From NCBI GenBank assembly GCA_046597705.1, contig JBKJJZ010000510.1, positions 699 to 64,698 of the forward strand: DNA of 64,000 bases. Reading direction: 5' to 3'. The position numbers and the translations under genes were made by a program. Position 1 is the stretch's first letter; each line of letters starts with the position of its first letter. The notes beneath the pieces were generated by a model, which was not told the origin of the DNA, made no database searches, and saw only the letters and a program-made list of their open reading frames with translations. This document shows, piece by piece, positions 48,565 to 60,017 of this stretch. The stretch comes from Vicinamibacterales bacterium (lineage in GTDB: Bacteria; Acidobacteriota; Vicinamibacteria; Vicinamibacterales; SCN-69-37).

Positions 48565-51348
48565 CTACTTGACCGCCCTGACCTTCCGCGCATCGGTGAT
48601 CCACATTCCTCGACCGTAGGTGGCAACCACAATGAGGTGATCGCGCGGATGGACCTGCAGGTCGGACACCTGCACTGACGGCAGGTTGGCACCCAGCACG
48701 TCCCAACGCCGGCCTCCATCGCGTGACACATACACGCCGAAGTCGTTACCGGCGTACAGCACGTCCTTTACCGCCGGGTCTTCGCGGACCACGTTGATCG
48801 ACCCGGATGGAATGTTGCCAACGAGGCTGGTCCACGTCACGCCGTAGTCGGTGGACTTGAACAGGTAGGGCGCGAAGTCGTCGTCTTCCCGGCCGCGCAG
48901 AGCGACGAATGCCGTGCCCGCGTCGAATTTCGACGGCACGATGCGCGAGACCCATTTCTTGAGCGCCATCGGCAGGTTCGTGCCAATGCCGGTCCACGTC
49001 CGGCCATCATCTCTGGTCACATGCAGGTTGCCGTCATCCGTGCCGGCGTAGATGACGCCCCTGGTCAGCGGCGATTCAGCGATGTGTGTGAGGGTCTGAT
49101 ACGGGATTGCAGACGGGTTGATACCCATCTGGCGGGGATTCTGATCGGTAAGGTCGTTGCTGATGCGCTGCCACGTGTCGCCGCGATCGCGCGATCGGTA
49201 GACATACTGATAGCCGGCATAGATCGTGTTGGGATCGAACGGTGAGATGACAATCGGCGCCATCCACTGCGCGCGTTGCGGCGGTTCTCCGTCGATGGTC
49301 TTCGGACGGATGTTCGTCGACTTTCCCGCCCCGCCCGCAGCAGGCGCATTGCCGCCGCGGCCGGCACGGCCACGACCGGCCGGTGCCGGCGTCACGTCCG
49401 TCCGTGAGAAATTCCCGTAGAAGCCATGGGAGTAGACGATGTTCGGATGCACGGGATCAATCGCGTGCATGCTGCCCTCGCCGCCCGGGGCGCCCTGCCA
49501 CGGCATGGGCGCGAACATCCGGCGCCCCGCGCGCGCGTCCACCGCCACACGAAAGCTTCCGGCGTCCTGCACCGATCCGTAGGCCCGGAATGGCATCGCC
49601 ATGTCGAGTTCCACGTTGTAAAACTGCGTGCCGTGAATACCGGTGGCCTCGCGCTTCGTCCGCCCGCCGTCATTGGTCATCGTGAACCCCTGATCGTGCG
49701 CGGTGTAGACCACCTTCGGATTGATCGGGTCGATCCACATCCGGTGATTGTCGCCGCCGCCTGCGGCAAACCGCTTGAACGTGGCACCCGCGTCGTCAGA
49801 CACACTGACCTCCAACGCGAGGACGTAGACACGGTTCTCGTTCTTCGTATCAACGCGAATCTGTGTGAAGACCCAGTTGTAGGTGTTGCCCAGGCCCATC
49901 ATCTGACTCGCGGTCTCGGGGGTCTGGCCGCTGGTCTTGCGCCAGGTGGCGCCTTTGTCATCGCTCCGGTAAATCTCCATGCCGCGAATGATGCCGCTGC
50001 TCGGCGGCAGGGGCCGTCCGTACGCGTCGTTCTCGCCCGGCATGGCGGGGCGGCCCGTGTCGTAGTTGTCAATCACGGCATAGACGACATTTGGATTGGA
50101 TCGCGCGATGTCGAGGCCGATTCGTCCGCGGAACCTCGGCTCGGGCAAACCGGTGTTTGTGGGCGCCCACGTGGCGCCTCCATCAGTGGTCTTCCACACC
50201 CCGCCTTCGGTGTAGGTGGGTTCCACGCGCGGGTCGCTCCACTTTCGACGCACCCGCTGCCACATGCCGGCATACAGAGTGTTGGGATCCTTCGGGTCCA
50301 TGACCAGATCAACCGCGCCGGTATTCGGGCTGCGATACAGCGACTTCGTCCAGGTCGCACCGCCATTCGTCGTCTTGAACACACCGCGCATGTCATTGGG
50401 CGTCCACTCATGTCCCGACGCCGCGACGTAGACGATATCGGGATTGGTCGGATGAACCAGGACCCGGCCGATGGTGCCGGTGTCGGTGAGACCCATGTGC
50501 TGCCAGGTCCTGCCGGCATCGCTGGACTTGTAGACGCCGGTGCCCGATACGCTTGCGCGGAAGAGATTGGATTCGCCGGTGCCCACCCAGACAATGGCCG
50601 GGCTCGACGGCGCCACCGCCACATCACCGATGCTGGCAGTCGCTTCGTGTTCGAAGATCGGCCGCCACGTCAGGCCACGGTTCGCGGACTTCCAGACGCC
50701 GCCGGTGGCCGCGCCCACGTAGATGGTCCGTTGGCCCTGCACATCGGCGACCGCAATCGACGTCATTCGCCCGGTGTGGTTCGATGGACCAATCGACTGC
50801 CATGGAATGAGCTTGTACGGCGATGCCGTCGTCATCGCTTTGTGAGTGCCGTAGGCGATAGCGTGTGCCTCGGCTCCCGTGGGCGTCGTGAATTCGAAGA
50901 GTTCGACGTCGAACACCAGGTTGCCTCGTGGGGCGCCCGGTCTGGGGTTTTCGCCATACGCAAGCGCCGACGGAATCCAGAAGCGGCGCTTCTCGCCCTT
51001 CACCATGAGCTGCACGCCTTCAGTCCATCCCCGAATGACGCGGGTCACGCCGAACGACGACGGCTCTCCGCGCACCACAGAGCTATCGAACATCCGTCCG
51101 TCGGGGGTCCATCCCGAGTAGTGAACCTTCACCGTGGACGCGAGCGTGGGATGTTCGGTGCCATTGCCGGGTGTGATCACTTTCGACGCCAGACCCGATG
51201 CGGTCACGATGGCGTCAGGTGGCACGGCCGCAACATCTGGCGGCGCCGGCAGTTGGGCTGGTGGGCCTTGTGGTGCGCCGGAAGCGACCACCGTGAGTGT
51301 CACGATTGCCGTCAGCATCAGCGCGGGGAGAAATGGGCGCGTTGTCAT
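48565..51348 (-). CDS. Secreted FKBP-type peptidyl-prolyl isomerase fused to a BNR/Asp-box (sortilin/VPS10-like) double propeller
   Basis: The FKBP part is YSGWTPDGRMFDSS...VIRGWTEGVQLMVKGEKRRFWIPSALAYG...LVFDVELFEF. There are at least 8 Asp-box motifs (SxDxGxTW), including SDAGRTW, TNGGATW, TDGGATW, DDKGATW, RDRGDTW, RDDGRTW and TDYGVTW. Confidence 0.8.
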   Translation of the reverse strand: MTTRPFLPALMLTAIVTLTVVASGAPQGPPAQLPAPPDVAAVPPDAIVTASGLASKVITPGNGTEHPTLASTVKVHYSGWTPDGRMFDSSVVRGEPSSFGVTRVIRGWTEGVQLMVKGEKRRFWIPSALAYGENPRPGAPRGNLVFDVELFEFTTPTGAEAHAIAYGTHKAMTTASPYKLIPWQSIGPSNHTGRMTSIAVADVQGQRTIYVGAATGGVWKSANRGLTWRPIFEHEATASIGDVAVAPSSPAIVWVGTGESNLFRASVSGTGVYKSSDAGRTWQHMGLTDTGTIGRVLVHPTNPDIVYVAASGHEWTPNDMRGVFKTTNGGATWTKSLYRSPNTGAVDLVMDPKDPNTLYAGMWQRVRRKWSDPRVEPTYTEGGVWKTTDGGATWAPTNTGLPEPRFRGRIGLDIARSNPNVVYAVIDNYDTGRPAMPGENDAYGRPLPPSSGIIRGMEIYRSDDKGATWRKTSGQTPETASQMMGLGNTYNWVFTQIRVDTKNENRVYVLALEVSVSDDAGATFKRFAAGGGDNHRMWIDPINPKVVYTAHDQGFTMTNDGGRTKREATGIHGTQFYNVELDMAMPFRAYGSVQDAGSFRVAVDARAGRRMFAPMPWQGAPGGEGSMHAIDPVHPNIVYSHGFYGNFSRTDVTPAPAGRGRAGRGGNAPAAGGAGKSTNIRPKTIDGEPPQRAQWMAPIVISPFDPNTIYAGYQYVYRSRDRGDTWQRISNDLTDQNPRQMGINPSAIPYQTLTHIAESPLTRGVIYAGTDDGNLHVTRDDGRTWTGIGTNLPMALKKWVSRIVPSKFDAGTAFVALRGREDDDFAPYLFKSTDYGVTWTSLVGNIPSGSINVVREDPAVKDVLYAGNDFGVYVSRDGGRRWDVLGANLPSVQVSDLQVHPRDHLIVVATYGRGMWITDARKVRAVK

Positions 51349-51358
51349 GGCCTAGAGT

Positions 51359-52636
51359 ATGCTCCCGGGCATGACGCGAACCAAAGTCACCTTCACAGCG
51401 ATGGCGCTCACGGCCGTGCTGTTCTTCCTGGCCCCGAGGCCCGACGCGGCTCAGCCGCAGGCGCAGGTCACGGCGATTCGAGCGGGCCGCCTTGTCGATC
51501 CAGATGCGGGTACGGCGGCGACCGATCAGGTGATTCTGATCACCGGTGGAAGGATCACCGCCATGGGTCGCGACGTGGCCATCCCGGCTGGTGCAAGTGT
51601 CATCGACTTGTCGAAGGCCAGCGTGATGCCGGGTCTGGTTGATGCGCACACGCACCTGTGCATGCAAGTGGTCGCGGAGCGCGACCACGGCAGCTACTAC
51701 TACACGACGCTCAACGATCCCGATGCTTTTCGGGCCGTTGAAGGCACGGCCAATGCCAGGGCCATGCTCGAAGCCGGATTCACGTCGGTCCGCGACGTGG
51801 GCAACGAGGGCAACTTCGCCTGTGTGCAGGTCCGAAAGGGGATCATGCAGGGGTTGATTCCCGGCCCGACGATGATCACGGCCGGCCGGATTATCGCGCC
51901 GTATGGGGGGCAGTTCCACCTGCAGCCGGACAAACCGGCGCTGGCGGAGCCCGAATACTTTTTCGCCGATACCCGCGATGAAATGATCAAGGCCGTCCGG
52001 CAGAATGCGCACTACGGCGCCACGGTGATCAAGATCGTCGTGGACGATCAGCGCTACATCTACTCGGTTGAGGACATCCGGTTCATCAAAGCGGAGGCCG
52101 CTCGAGCCGGGCTCAAGCTTGCGGCACACGCGTGGACTCGCGAAGGCGCGCAGAATGCGGCCGAGGCCGGTGTGGACTCAATTGAACACGGCATCGACAT
52201 GACCGACGAGATCCTGGCGCTGGCCAAGAAGAATAACGTGACGCTTGTGGGCACGGAGTTCCTGGTGGCCACCGATTTATTTGACGGGGCGTTCCACAAG
52301 CAGGTGGTGGATCGCCTGAAGCGCGCGTTCAAGATTGGCGTGACGCTTGTCTACGGCACTGACGCGATCGAGGCTGTAGCGGGCAAGACCCGAGGCGAAG
52401 TGGCCATCAGCGGCGTCGACGCGTGGGTGGAAGCCGGCGTTCCCGCGCCTGCAATTCTCAAGGCCATGACCACTCAAGCGCATCGCCTGCTGGGCCTCGA
52501 CGGGCAACGCGGTGCGATCAAGGTGGGCCAGGCCGCCGACCTCATCGCGACCATGGGAGACCCGCTCGCAAACATCGCGGCGCTGAAACAGGTCCTGTTC
52601 GTCATGAAAGACGGACAGGTCGTCCGGCAGCGGTAA
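51359..52636 (+). CDS. Secreted amidohydrolase family protein (imidazolonepropionase/prolidase-like)
   Basis: Signal peptide. Motifs MPGLVDAHTHL, AAHAW, IEHG, GTDA. Confidence 0.75.
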   Translation: MLPGMTRTKVTFTAMALTAVLFFLAPRPDAAQPQAQVTAIRAGRLVDPDAGTAATDQVILITGGRITAMGRDVAIPAGASVIDLSKASVMPGLVDAHTHLCMQVVAERDHGSYYYTTLNDPDAFRAVEGTANARAMLEAGFTSVRDVGNEGNFACVQVRKGIMQGLIPGPTMITAGRIIAPYGGQFHLQPDKPALAEPEYFFADTRDEMIKAVRQNAHYGATVIKIVVDDQRYIYSVEDIRFIKAEAARAGLKLAAHAWTREGAQNAAEAGVDSIEHGIDMTDEILALAKKNNVTLVGTEFLVATDLFDGAFHKQVVDRLKRAFKIGVTLVYGTDAIEAVAGKTRGEVAISGVDAWVEAGVPAPAILKAMTTQAHRLLGLDGQRGAIKVGQAADLIATMGDPLANIAALKQVLFVMKDGQVVRQR

Positions 52637-52641
52637 TTGGG

Positions 52642-52706
52642 GACGTAGGGCGTCCCTGCAGGGGCGCCAAATTGCGGACGTAGGGCGTCCCTTCAGGGGC
52701 GCCAAA

Positions 52707-52708
<2 letters not shown>
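52642..52708 (+). repeat. Two tandem forward REP-like hairpin elements
   Basis: Copies are gacgtagggcgtccctgcaggggcgccaaattg and gacgtagggcgtcccttcaggggcgccaaatc. They lie between convergent genes and abut the MFS stop codon. Confidence 0.9.
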
Positions 52709-54008
<1,300 letters not shown>

Positions 54009-54020
54009 GGTCCGGGGATT

Positions 54021-56336
54021 CTACTCCCCCGCGCGACTGAATGATCGCGCGGCATCTTCCCCCAGAATGCGATCGAGAGTTTCGATAAATCGGGCGACGT
54101 TGGCGTCCGAGAACACGAGCGGCGGCTTGATCTTCAGCACATTGCGCCGAGGCCCGTCCACGCTGACCAGAATGCCCAGCTCCCTCAGCCGGTTGCACAC
54201 ATACGTCGTCGCATCCGGAGCAGGCGCGTGGGTTGTCCGGTCTGACACGAACTCCACGCCAACGAAGAGACCGAGGCCGCGAACGTCGCCGATGAGCTGG
54301 TAGTGCGTCGCGAGTTCGCGGAAGCCCTGGCGCAGATGTTCGCCCACGTGCAGCGCTTTCTCCTGCAGGCCCTCATCCCGAATGACATCCAGCACGGCAA
54401 GGCCGATTGCGCAGGAGACGGGATTTCCGCCAAACGTGCTGAAGTACTCCATGCCGTTGTTGAACGAGGCCGCGATCTCGGCTGTGGTCACTACGGCGCC
54501 AATGGGATGGCCATTGCCCATCGGTTTGCCCATCACGACGATGTCCGGCACGACGTCCTGTGTTTCGAATCCCCAGAAGTGCGTGCCCACGCGGCCAAAT
54601 CCCACCTGCACTTCATCAGCGATACACACGCCGCCGGCAGCGCGCGTATGCCGGTACGCGCCCTCCAGGAAACCGTTGGGAAGAACAATCTGACCGCACG
54701 AGCCCAGCAGTGACTCCGCTATGAACGCCGGCTTCGAATGACCGGCCAGTGCGAGGTCAGCAATCGCGCCTTCAACTCCAGCGTTACCATCCCAGCCAAG
54801 GTAGGCATCCGGAGTGGCAACCTTGCGGACGTAATCCGGCTGGCCGGCGCCTCCAGGTCCGTCGTACTTATAGGGGCTGATGTGAACCAGCTCACTGCTG
54901 TTGCCATGGTAAGCGCCGTCGATGACGACCGTGGCGAGGCTCCGGGTGTGCGTGCGGGCCAGTCTCAAAGCCAGGTCACACGCCTCGCTGCCTGAATTCA
55001 CAAAGAAACAGACGCGCAATGGTTCAGGCAGCATGGCGCAGAGACGCTCGGCGTATCGGACGATGTGGCTGTGCAGGTAGTGCGAGTTGGTGTTCAGCAC
55101 GGCCATCTGCCACTGTCCGGCCTGAACGACGCGGGGATGGCAGTGGCCCACGTGAGCCACGTTGTTGACGGCGTCGATGTACTCACGACCGTCGGCGTCG
55201 TAGAGATATTGCAGGTGACCGCGGACGATGTGCAGGGGGTTCTGGTAGGCGAGGCTCAGATTGGGGCTGAGGTGATGTTGCCGCGCCGAAAGGACGGCCG
55301 CGTCCGGGAGCCACGGCGTGAAGCCGGATGCTGTGCGAAACGCGTCAACCGCCTCGCGCGGCTGGATGCGGTCCAGAGCCTCCAGCAAAATCCACGCGGC
55401 CTGATCGCTGACTTGCAGGTACGCATTCTCGGGTGCGGCCTGTCGTTGATAGGCGGAATTGGTGACGCTCACACACAGTCGCGCACAGAGGAGCGGAAAC
55501 AGCACCTCCAGCTCAGCTTCAGAAAGGGGCCGCGCGAGGTGATAGCCCGCCACCACCTCTGCCGCGCTGGCGAGCACATCGGACGAGCCCATGATGGCGT
55601 AGGCGATGCCAATCGCCAGGTCACAGACATGCGGCCCGTGAACCATGTCGCCAAAATCGATCAGGCTCACCACGCGGCCGTCGGCCACCAGGACGTTGTG
55701 GTCGTTGGCGTCGTTGTAAAGCAGACCGGACGGCAGGCAGGCAAGTCGAGTCTCGGCGTGCGACTCGAACCGGGCGAAGAGGCGTTCGACCAGGTCCCGC
55801 CGGTCAGCGGGCAGGTGGTGGAAGTAGTCACGAATCCAGCTTGCTTGCGTCAGGTCCCACTTGAGATCGCCGAACGCGTCGGAGGCGGGGAAGTCAGTGA
55901 GCGCGTCGTCCACCAACGCGAGCGCGCGCCCCAGGCTTCGCAGTAATCCGAGGGAGTGTTCGTGCACGTTTGCCCAGACATCTCCGGGAACGAATGTCAC
56001 CATGCGAAGGAGGTGTTCGTCGCCTTCGGCGCCCGTCATTGTCGTCAGCGTCTCTTCGGAAAGGGTAGGTACCACGCGCGGCATCATGAGTTCGGGAACG
56101 CTGGTGCCGAGGTGAGTCAAGACGCGTTCCTGCAGCTCCACGCTGGCGCGCGATTCGTCCTTGTGTGAAATCTTCAAGACGAAGGACTCCGGGCCATTCG
56201 TGACGACATGAAAATTCTGATCGCGCTCGCTGGGCAAGGGCTCGATGGCGGCGTCGTTCAGTCCGTAGCGATTCGTAGCCACTCTGGCGGCGTCAGCAGA
56301 CGTGAACGTTGGCGCCTGATAGCGCACCTGAACCAT
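54021..56336 (-). CDS. Fusion protein: APH/choline-kinase-like phosphotransferase (N) + class-III PLP aminotransferase-fold enzyme (C)
   Basis: The N half has [13 protein letters not shown] and SLIDFGDM (kinase Brenner/DFG-like motifs). The C half has [19 protein letters not shown] and [11 protein letters not shown] (PLP-Lys). ATG 56336 was chosen because the longer ORF to 56507 would overlap the divergent gene. Confidence 0.8.
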   Translation of the reverse strand: MVQVRYQAPTFTSADAARVATNRYGLNDAAIEPLPSERDQNFHVVTNGPESFVLKISHKDESRASVELQERVLTHLGTSVPELMMPRVVPTLSEETLTTMTGAEGDEHLLRMVTFVPGDVWANVHEHSLGLLRSLGRALALVDDALTDFPASDAFGDLKWDLTQASWIRDYFHHLPADRRDLVERLFARFESHAETRLACLPSGLLYNDANDHNVLVADGRVVSLIDFGDMVHGPHVCDLAIGIAYAIMGSSDVLASAAEVVAGYHLARPLSEAELEVLFPLLCARLCVSVTNSAYQRQAAPENAYLQVSDQAAWILLEALDRIQPREAVDAFRTASGFTPWLPDAAVLSARQHHLSPNLSLAYQNPLHIVRGHLQYLYDADGREYIDAVNNVAHVGHCHPRVVQAGQWQMAVLNTNSHYLHSHIVRYAERLCAMLPEPLRVCFFVNSGSEACDLALRLARTHTRSLATVVIDGAYHGNSSELVHISPYKYDGPGGAGQPDYVRKVATPDAYLGWDGNAGVEGAIADLALAGHSKPAFIAESLLGSCGQIVLPNGFLEGAYRHTRAAGGVCIADEVQVGFGRVGTHFWGFETQDVVPDIVVMGKPMGNGHPIGAVVTTAEIAASFNNGMEYFSTFGGNPVSCAIGLAVLDVIRDEGLQEKALHVGEHLRQGFRELATHYQLIGDVRGLGLFVGVEFVSDRTTHAPAPDATTYVCNRLRELGILVSVDGPRRNVLKIKPPLVFSDANVARFIETLDRILGEDAARSFSRAGE

Positions 56337-56404
56337 GCAGCCTATTATCGCCGGGCCAAAGGATCTCGGAGGCGAATTGAGCTCTGCGGTAGACTCTGGG
56401 CGCC

Positions 56405-58258
56405 ATGATGTTCGTACTCCTCTTCCTGCTGCTCCAGTCGCCTCCGCCATCAATCGAGCGAAGCCTTCTGGAGATTGAACACGCGCGGGCCGATGACGTG
56501 TCGGCACTCCTGGCTGCGCTCAAGAGCCCCAACCCGGCGGTGCAGCGTCTTGCCGTGCGAACAGCGGGCCGCCTCGAGCGGGCCTCTCTGAAAGATGCGA
56601 TCGTGCCGCTGTTGCTAGCAACAGATCCCGGCGTCCGCGCGGAGGCCGCAAATGCCATGGGGCAGATTCGGGCAGGCTACGACTACGGCGCGCTGCTGCG
56701 CGACGAGAAGGCCGGTCAAGTACGAGCCGTACTGTTCGAGACGATTGGCAGAGTCGCACCGGTGGCCGGTGAGAGCGAGCGGCTGCTGGCGGCCGGCCTG
56801 ACCGATCCCGATCCGGCGGCGCGACTGGGTGCTGCCGGCGGACTCGAGTCGCTGTTTCGGATGAACCGCACGCTCAAGCCCGTGGCGGAGACCGTGACCG
56901 CGCTGAGGCAGGCCTTCCGCGCCAACACCGCAGGACTCTTTCGTGAACTCGTGCTCCTGACACTCAACGCAGCCGGTGACAAGGATCCGGACACGTTCGC
57001 GCTGGCGCTCCGCGACGCGGAACCGCAAGTGCGACGGCTGGCGGTCCTCGGCTCGAGACAGTGGGTTGACGATGCGTCGCCGATGGTTCGGTATGAGGCG
57101 ATGCGGCTGGCTGGCACCTGCGAGCGCGCGACTGCCGCGCTGACTGACAAGAGCGAACTGGTGGCTCTGGCGGCCATCGATTTCGCCGGCACACATTCGT
57201 GCGCGCCTGGGGCGATTGAGCCTCTCGTGAAGAGTGGCGCATCCTGGCGCATTCGCGCGCATGCGCTGGTGTCGCTTTCGCGCCTGGCGCCCGACTCCGC
57301 TCGACCGCTGCTGCCCGCGCTTGCGGCTGAGCCGATCTGGCAGGCGCGCACGTACGCGGCGACTGCCGCCAGGCTTCTCGAGGACACGTCCACGCTCGCG
57401 ACGCTGGCGGCGGACAAACAGCCGAACGTCGCGATTGCCGCGATGACGACCGGCGCCGACGCGGTCCGGGCACTCTCGAGCAACCACGCCGGCCTGCTGC
57501 TGGCGGCCGCCCAGAAACTGAAGGGCGCGCCTGAGCTTCCGGCCGCAATGCCTCAGGTGGTGGCCGCGCTCAAGCGCCTGAGCAGTACCGGTCACGCCAC
57601 CGTCCGCGATCCCAAAATGGAACTGCTCGAACGCGTGCGGGAAAACGGCAATCCCGGGAGCATCGTTGAAATCGGGAGCCTGCTGGGGGACCGTGATCCG
57701 GCTGTGGCGGCGCGCGTGGCCGAGATCGTAAATTCAAGAGGCCCCAGCAGCCCAGCGGTCGCAAAGACCACCGTGTACGTGGGCGATCCTCTCCCTTCGG
57801 CGCAGACGATCGCGGCCCTGCGAGGCGCCCGGGCAGTCATCACGATGAAGAACCTGGGTTCATTCACCTTGGAACTGCTGACCGAGGACGCACCGGTGAC
57901 GGTGGCGGCGTTTGCAGCGCTGGCTGACAAGGGCCAGTACAACGGCACCACGTTCCACCGCTTCGCGGCGAACTTCGTGATCCAGGGGGGAAGCCCGGGC
58001 GCGGATGAAGTGGACGGGGCGACCACTCAGTTTCTGCGCGATGAGGTCGGGCTTGTGCGCCACCTTCGAGGCACGTTGGGCATCTCGACACGCGGGCACG
58101 ATACGGGCGACGGCCAGATCTTCGTGAACCTGGTGGATAACGTGCGCCTCGACGACCAGTACACCGTCTTCGCGCGCGTGGTTCAGGGCATGGACGTTGT
58201 CGATCGCGTGCTCGAAGGCGACCTCATCACGTCGATCGCGATTCAGCGAAGAAAGTAG
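56405..58258 (+). CDS. HEAT-repeat protein fused to a C-terminal cyclophilin-type peptidyl-prolyl isomerase
   Basis: ~440 aa are Ala/Leu-rich HEAT-like repeats (VRAEAANAMG, VRRLAVLG, VRYEAMRLAG). The cyclophilin core follows: GTTFHRFAANFVIQGG...GTLGISTRGHDTGDGQIFVNL...TVFARVVQGMDVVDRV. Confidence 0.8.
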   Translation: MMFVLLFLLLQSPPPSIERSLLEIEHARADDVSALLAALKSPNPAVQRLAVRTAGRLERASLKDAIVPLLLATDPGVRAEAANAMGQIRAGYDYGALLRDEKAGQVRAVLFETIGRVAPVAGESERLLAAGLTDPDPAARLGAAGGLESLFRMNRTLKPVAETVTALRQAFRANTAGLFRELVLLTLNAAGDKDPDTFALALRDAEPQVRRLAVLGSRQWVDDASPMVRYEAMRLAGTCERATAALTDKSELVALAAIDFAGTHSCAPGAIEPLVKSGASWRIRAHALVSLSRLAPDSARPLLPALAAEPIWQARTYAATAARLLEDTSTLATLAADKQPNVAIAAMTTGADAVRALSSNHAGLLLAAAQKLKGAPELPAAMPQVVAALKRLSSTGHATVRDPKMELLERVRENGNPGSIVEIGSLLGDRDPAVAARVAEIVNSRGPSSPAVAKTTVYVGDPLPSAQTIAALRGARAVITMKNLGSFTLELLTEDAPVTVAAFAALADKGQYNGTTFHRFAANFVIQGGSPGADEVDGATTQFLRDEVGLVRHLRGTLGISTRGHDTGDGQIFVNLVDNVRLDDQYTVFARVVQGMDVVDRVLEGDLITSIAIQRRK

Positions 58259-58280
58259 GGAAGCGGAGAGGTTGGGAAAT

Positions 58281-58313
58281 GTACGTAGGGCGTGGCTTTA
58301 GCCGCGCCAATTG
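58281..58313 (+). repeat. REP-like hairpin, type-2 stem variant
   Basis: Sequence is gtacgtagggcgtggctttagccgcgccaattg. Confidence 0.85.
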
Positions 58314-58321
58314 CCGATTGT

Positions 58322-59161
58322 TCAGGCCCGTCGGTGCGCTTTCTTGAACCGCACCCTGCGCCAGGCCTCCCAGGCGTTACACACCAGCAGCCCGCCAAGA
58401 AGGAAATAGACCACCCCGGCGGCTTCGTAGATCGCGTAACTCACCAGAGCCACGAGCACGCCGGCGAGCATCTGATCCCGATTCGTGATGGGGACGGTTG
58501 GCGGATCGGTGAGCATGAAGAACGCGAAGAAGAGCACCGCGTGCAGATCGGGCGCTCGAAAAATACCGGCCACGGTGTGCGGGTCGCCGGCAAAGGCCGT
58601 CGCCGTGAAGAGGGCGTAGTAGACGCCGAGGAACGCAAGGACGATCGGCATCTTGTTGACCCGATCCGTGATGAACACGCCGGTGGCCAACAGCGTCAGG
58701 ATCGCCCACGGTGACAACGCCGGCAGTGCGCCCCACCAGCTGTGTCCCGAGCCGAAGGCGTAGAAGGACACCACCAGCGCAAGCGCCGCCGGATTGAAGA
58801 TATTGCCGGCTTTCGTGCGAATGACGTACTTGCTGAGGACTGCGATCGCGGACGTGACCGGCGGCACATACCAGGGTTCGAACGGGCTCAGCACCATGGC
58901 AACGAAGAGGCCCGTGAGGATGCCACCCGCGGGGAACTCCCAGCGCGGATGACGGACGCGAAGGAGCAGGACGTCCAGGACGCCGGCCGCGGCCGCGGCG
59001 CTCAGGACGCCCGTCATGACGCTGTTCGCGTTCTCGAATGGAGCCGCCGCGATCGCCAGCGCGACCAGCACGAGCAGCAGAAGGCCTTTTGGCGTCCGGA
59101 CGAACTTCAACACTGGCTGCCCTCTACTCTCGCCGCAGGCCTGGCGTTTCACGCCGATCAA
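58322..59161 (-). CDS. RnfD/NqrB-family-like integral membrane protein
   Basis: Motifs GNIFNPAALAL and FFMLTDPPT resemble RnfD/NqrB signatures. An alternative GTG at 59113 avoids overlap with apbE. Confidence 0.6.
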   Translation of the reverse strand: MIGVKRQACGESRGQPVLKFVRTPKGLLLLVLVALAIAAAPFENANSVMTGVLSAAAAAGVLDVLLLRVRHPRWEFPAGGILTGLFVAMVLSPFEPWYVPPVTSAIAVLSKYVIRTKAGNIFNPAALALVVSFYAFGSGHSWWGALPALSPWAILTLLATGVFITDRVNKMPIVLAFLGVYYALFTATAFAGDPHTVAGIFRAPDLHAVLFFAFFMLTDPPTVPITNRDQMLAGVLVALVSYAIYEAAGVVYFLLGGLLVCNAWEAWRRVRFKKAHRRA

Positions 59162-60017
59162 GGCTGGTCGTGAAAATCAACGCCATGAGCCCAAGCTCTT
59201 CGCACAGTGCCAGACCCTCGTCAGGGCCAAGGACAAACGCGGCAGTGGCCACTGCGTCGGCGAGCATTGCGGTGGGGGCGACGACCGTGGCGCTGGCCAC
59301 ACGGTCAGCGGGCCGGCCGGTTCGCGGATCCACGATGTGATGTCCGCTGCCGGTCTGGCGTTCATAGTCACCCGACGTGCACACCGCTTCGTCAGACGCA
59401 CGCAGCACGTCGATCAATGCGCCGTCGATCCGTGGATGCCGTATGCCGACCGACCATGGTTCGCCCGACGGGTTCGTGCCGCCGAGATAGAGATCGCCAC
59501 CGGCATCGATGCCGAAGTCGTGAAGGGGCCGCAGCTGGCGGGCGGCCATGTCGATCGCAAGGCCCTTGGCCACTGCGCCGAGGTCGAGAATCAGCGGCCG
59601 TTTCAGGGTGATGGTCCTGGCATCGGCATCGCACTCCACGTCACGAAAGCTCACGTCGCTGGGCGAAACGATGTCTGTTCGCACGATGACACCGCTGCGG
59701 TGCTCCCGGTTGAAGCCCCGCGCCTCCATCGTGCGACCCACCGTGGGATCAAACGCGCCGTTCGTGTGCGCGGCCATTTCGATGACGAACCGCACCGCTT
59801 CAAACAGCAGATCGCTTACCACGACGGCCATGCCCGGCTGCGCAGACAGACGCATCAGTTCGCTTGCGGGATCAAAGCGACTGCATCGCGCTTCAACGTC
59901 GCGGAACCACTGAAACGCACGGTCAACGCTTTCCAGGGCCTCAGGCTGATCGCGGACCGAGATCGTCACGATGGTCCCGAGATGGACTTCGCTTCGGGAC
60001 GCCGTGCCGTGGTTCAC
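59124..60017 (-). CDS. apbE: FAD:protein FMN transferase (ApbE family)
   Basis: Motifs FDPASELMRL, GAFDPTVG, LDLGAVAKGLAIDMA, GGDLYLGG and HHIVDPRTGRPA. The GTG start overlaps the upstream stop (GTGA). Confidence 0.85.
   Translation of the reverse strand: MNHGTASRSEVHLGTIVTISVRDQPEALESVDRAFQWFRDVEARCSRFDPASELMRLSAQPGMAVVVSDLLFEAVRFVIEMAAHTNGAFDPTVGRTMEARGFNREHRSGVIVRTDIVSPSDVSFRDVECDADARTITLKRPLILDLGAVAKGLAIDMAARQLRPLHDFGIDAGGDLYLGGTNPSGEPWSVGIRHPRIDGALIDVLRASDEAVCTSGDYERQTGSGHHIVDPRTGRPADRVASATVVAPTAMLADAVATAAFVLGPDEGLALCEELGLMALIFTTSLDRRETPGLRRE

Noticed and set aside
49426-51642. 738-aa ORF on the plus strand
   Set aside because: It is antisense to the FKBP/BNR protein, which carries at least 8 Asp-box motifs. 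The composition is Arg/Gly/His-rich with no recognisable motif.
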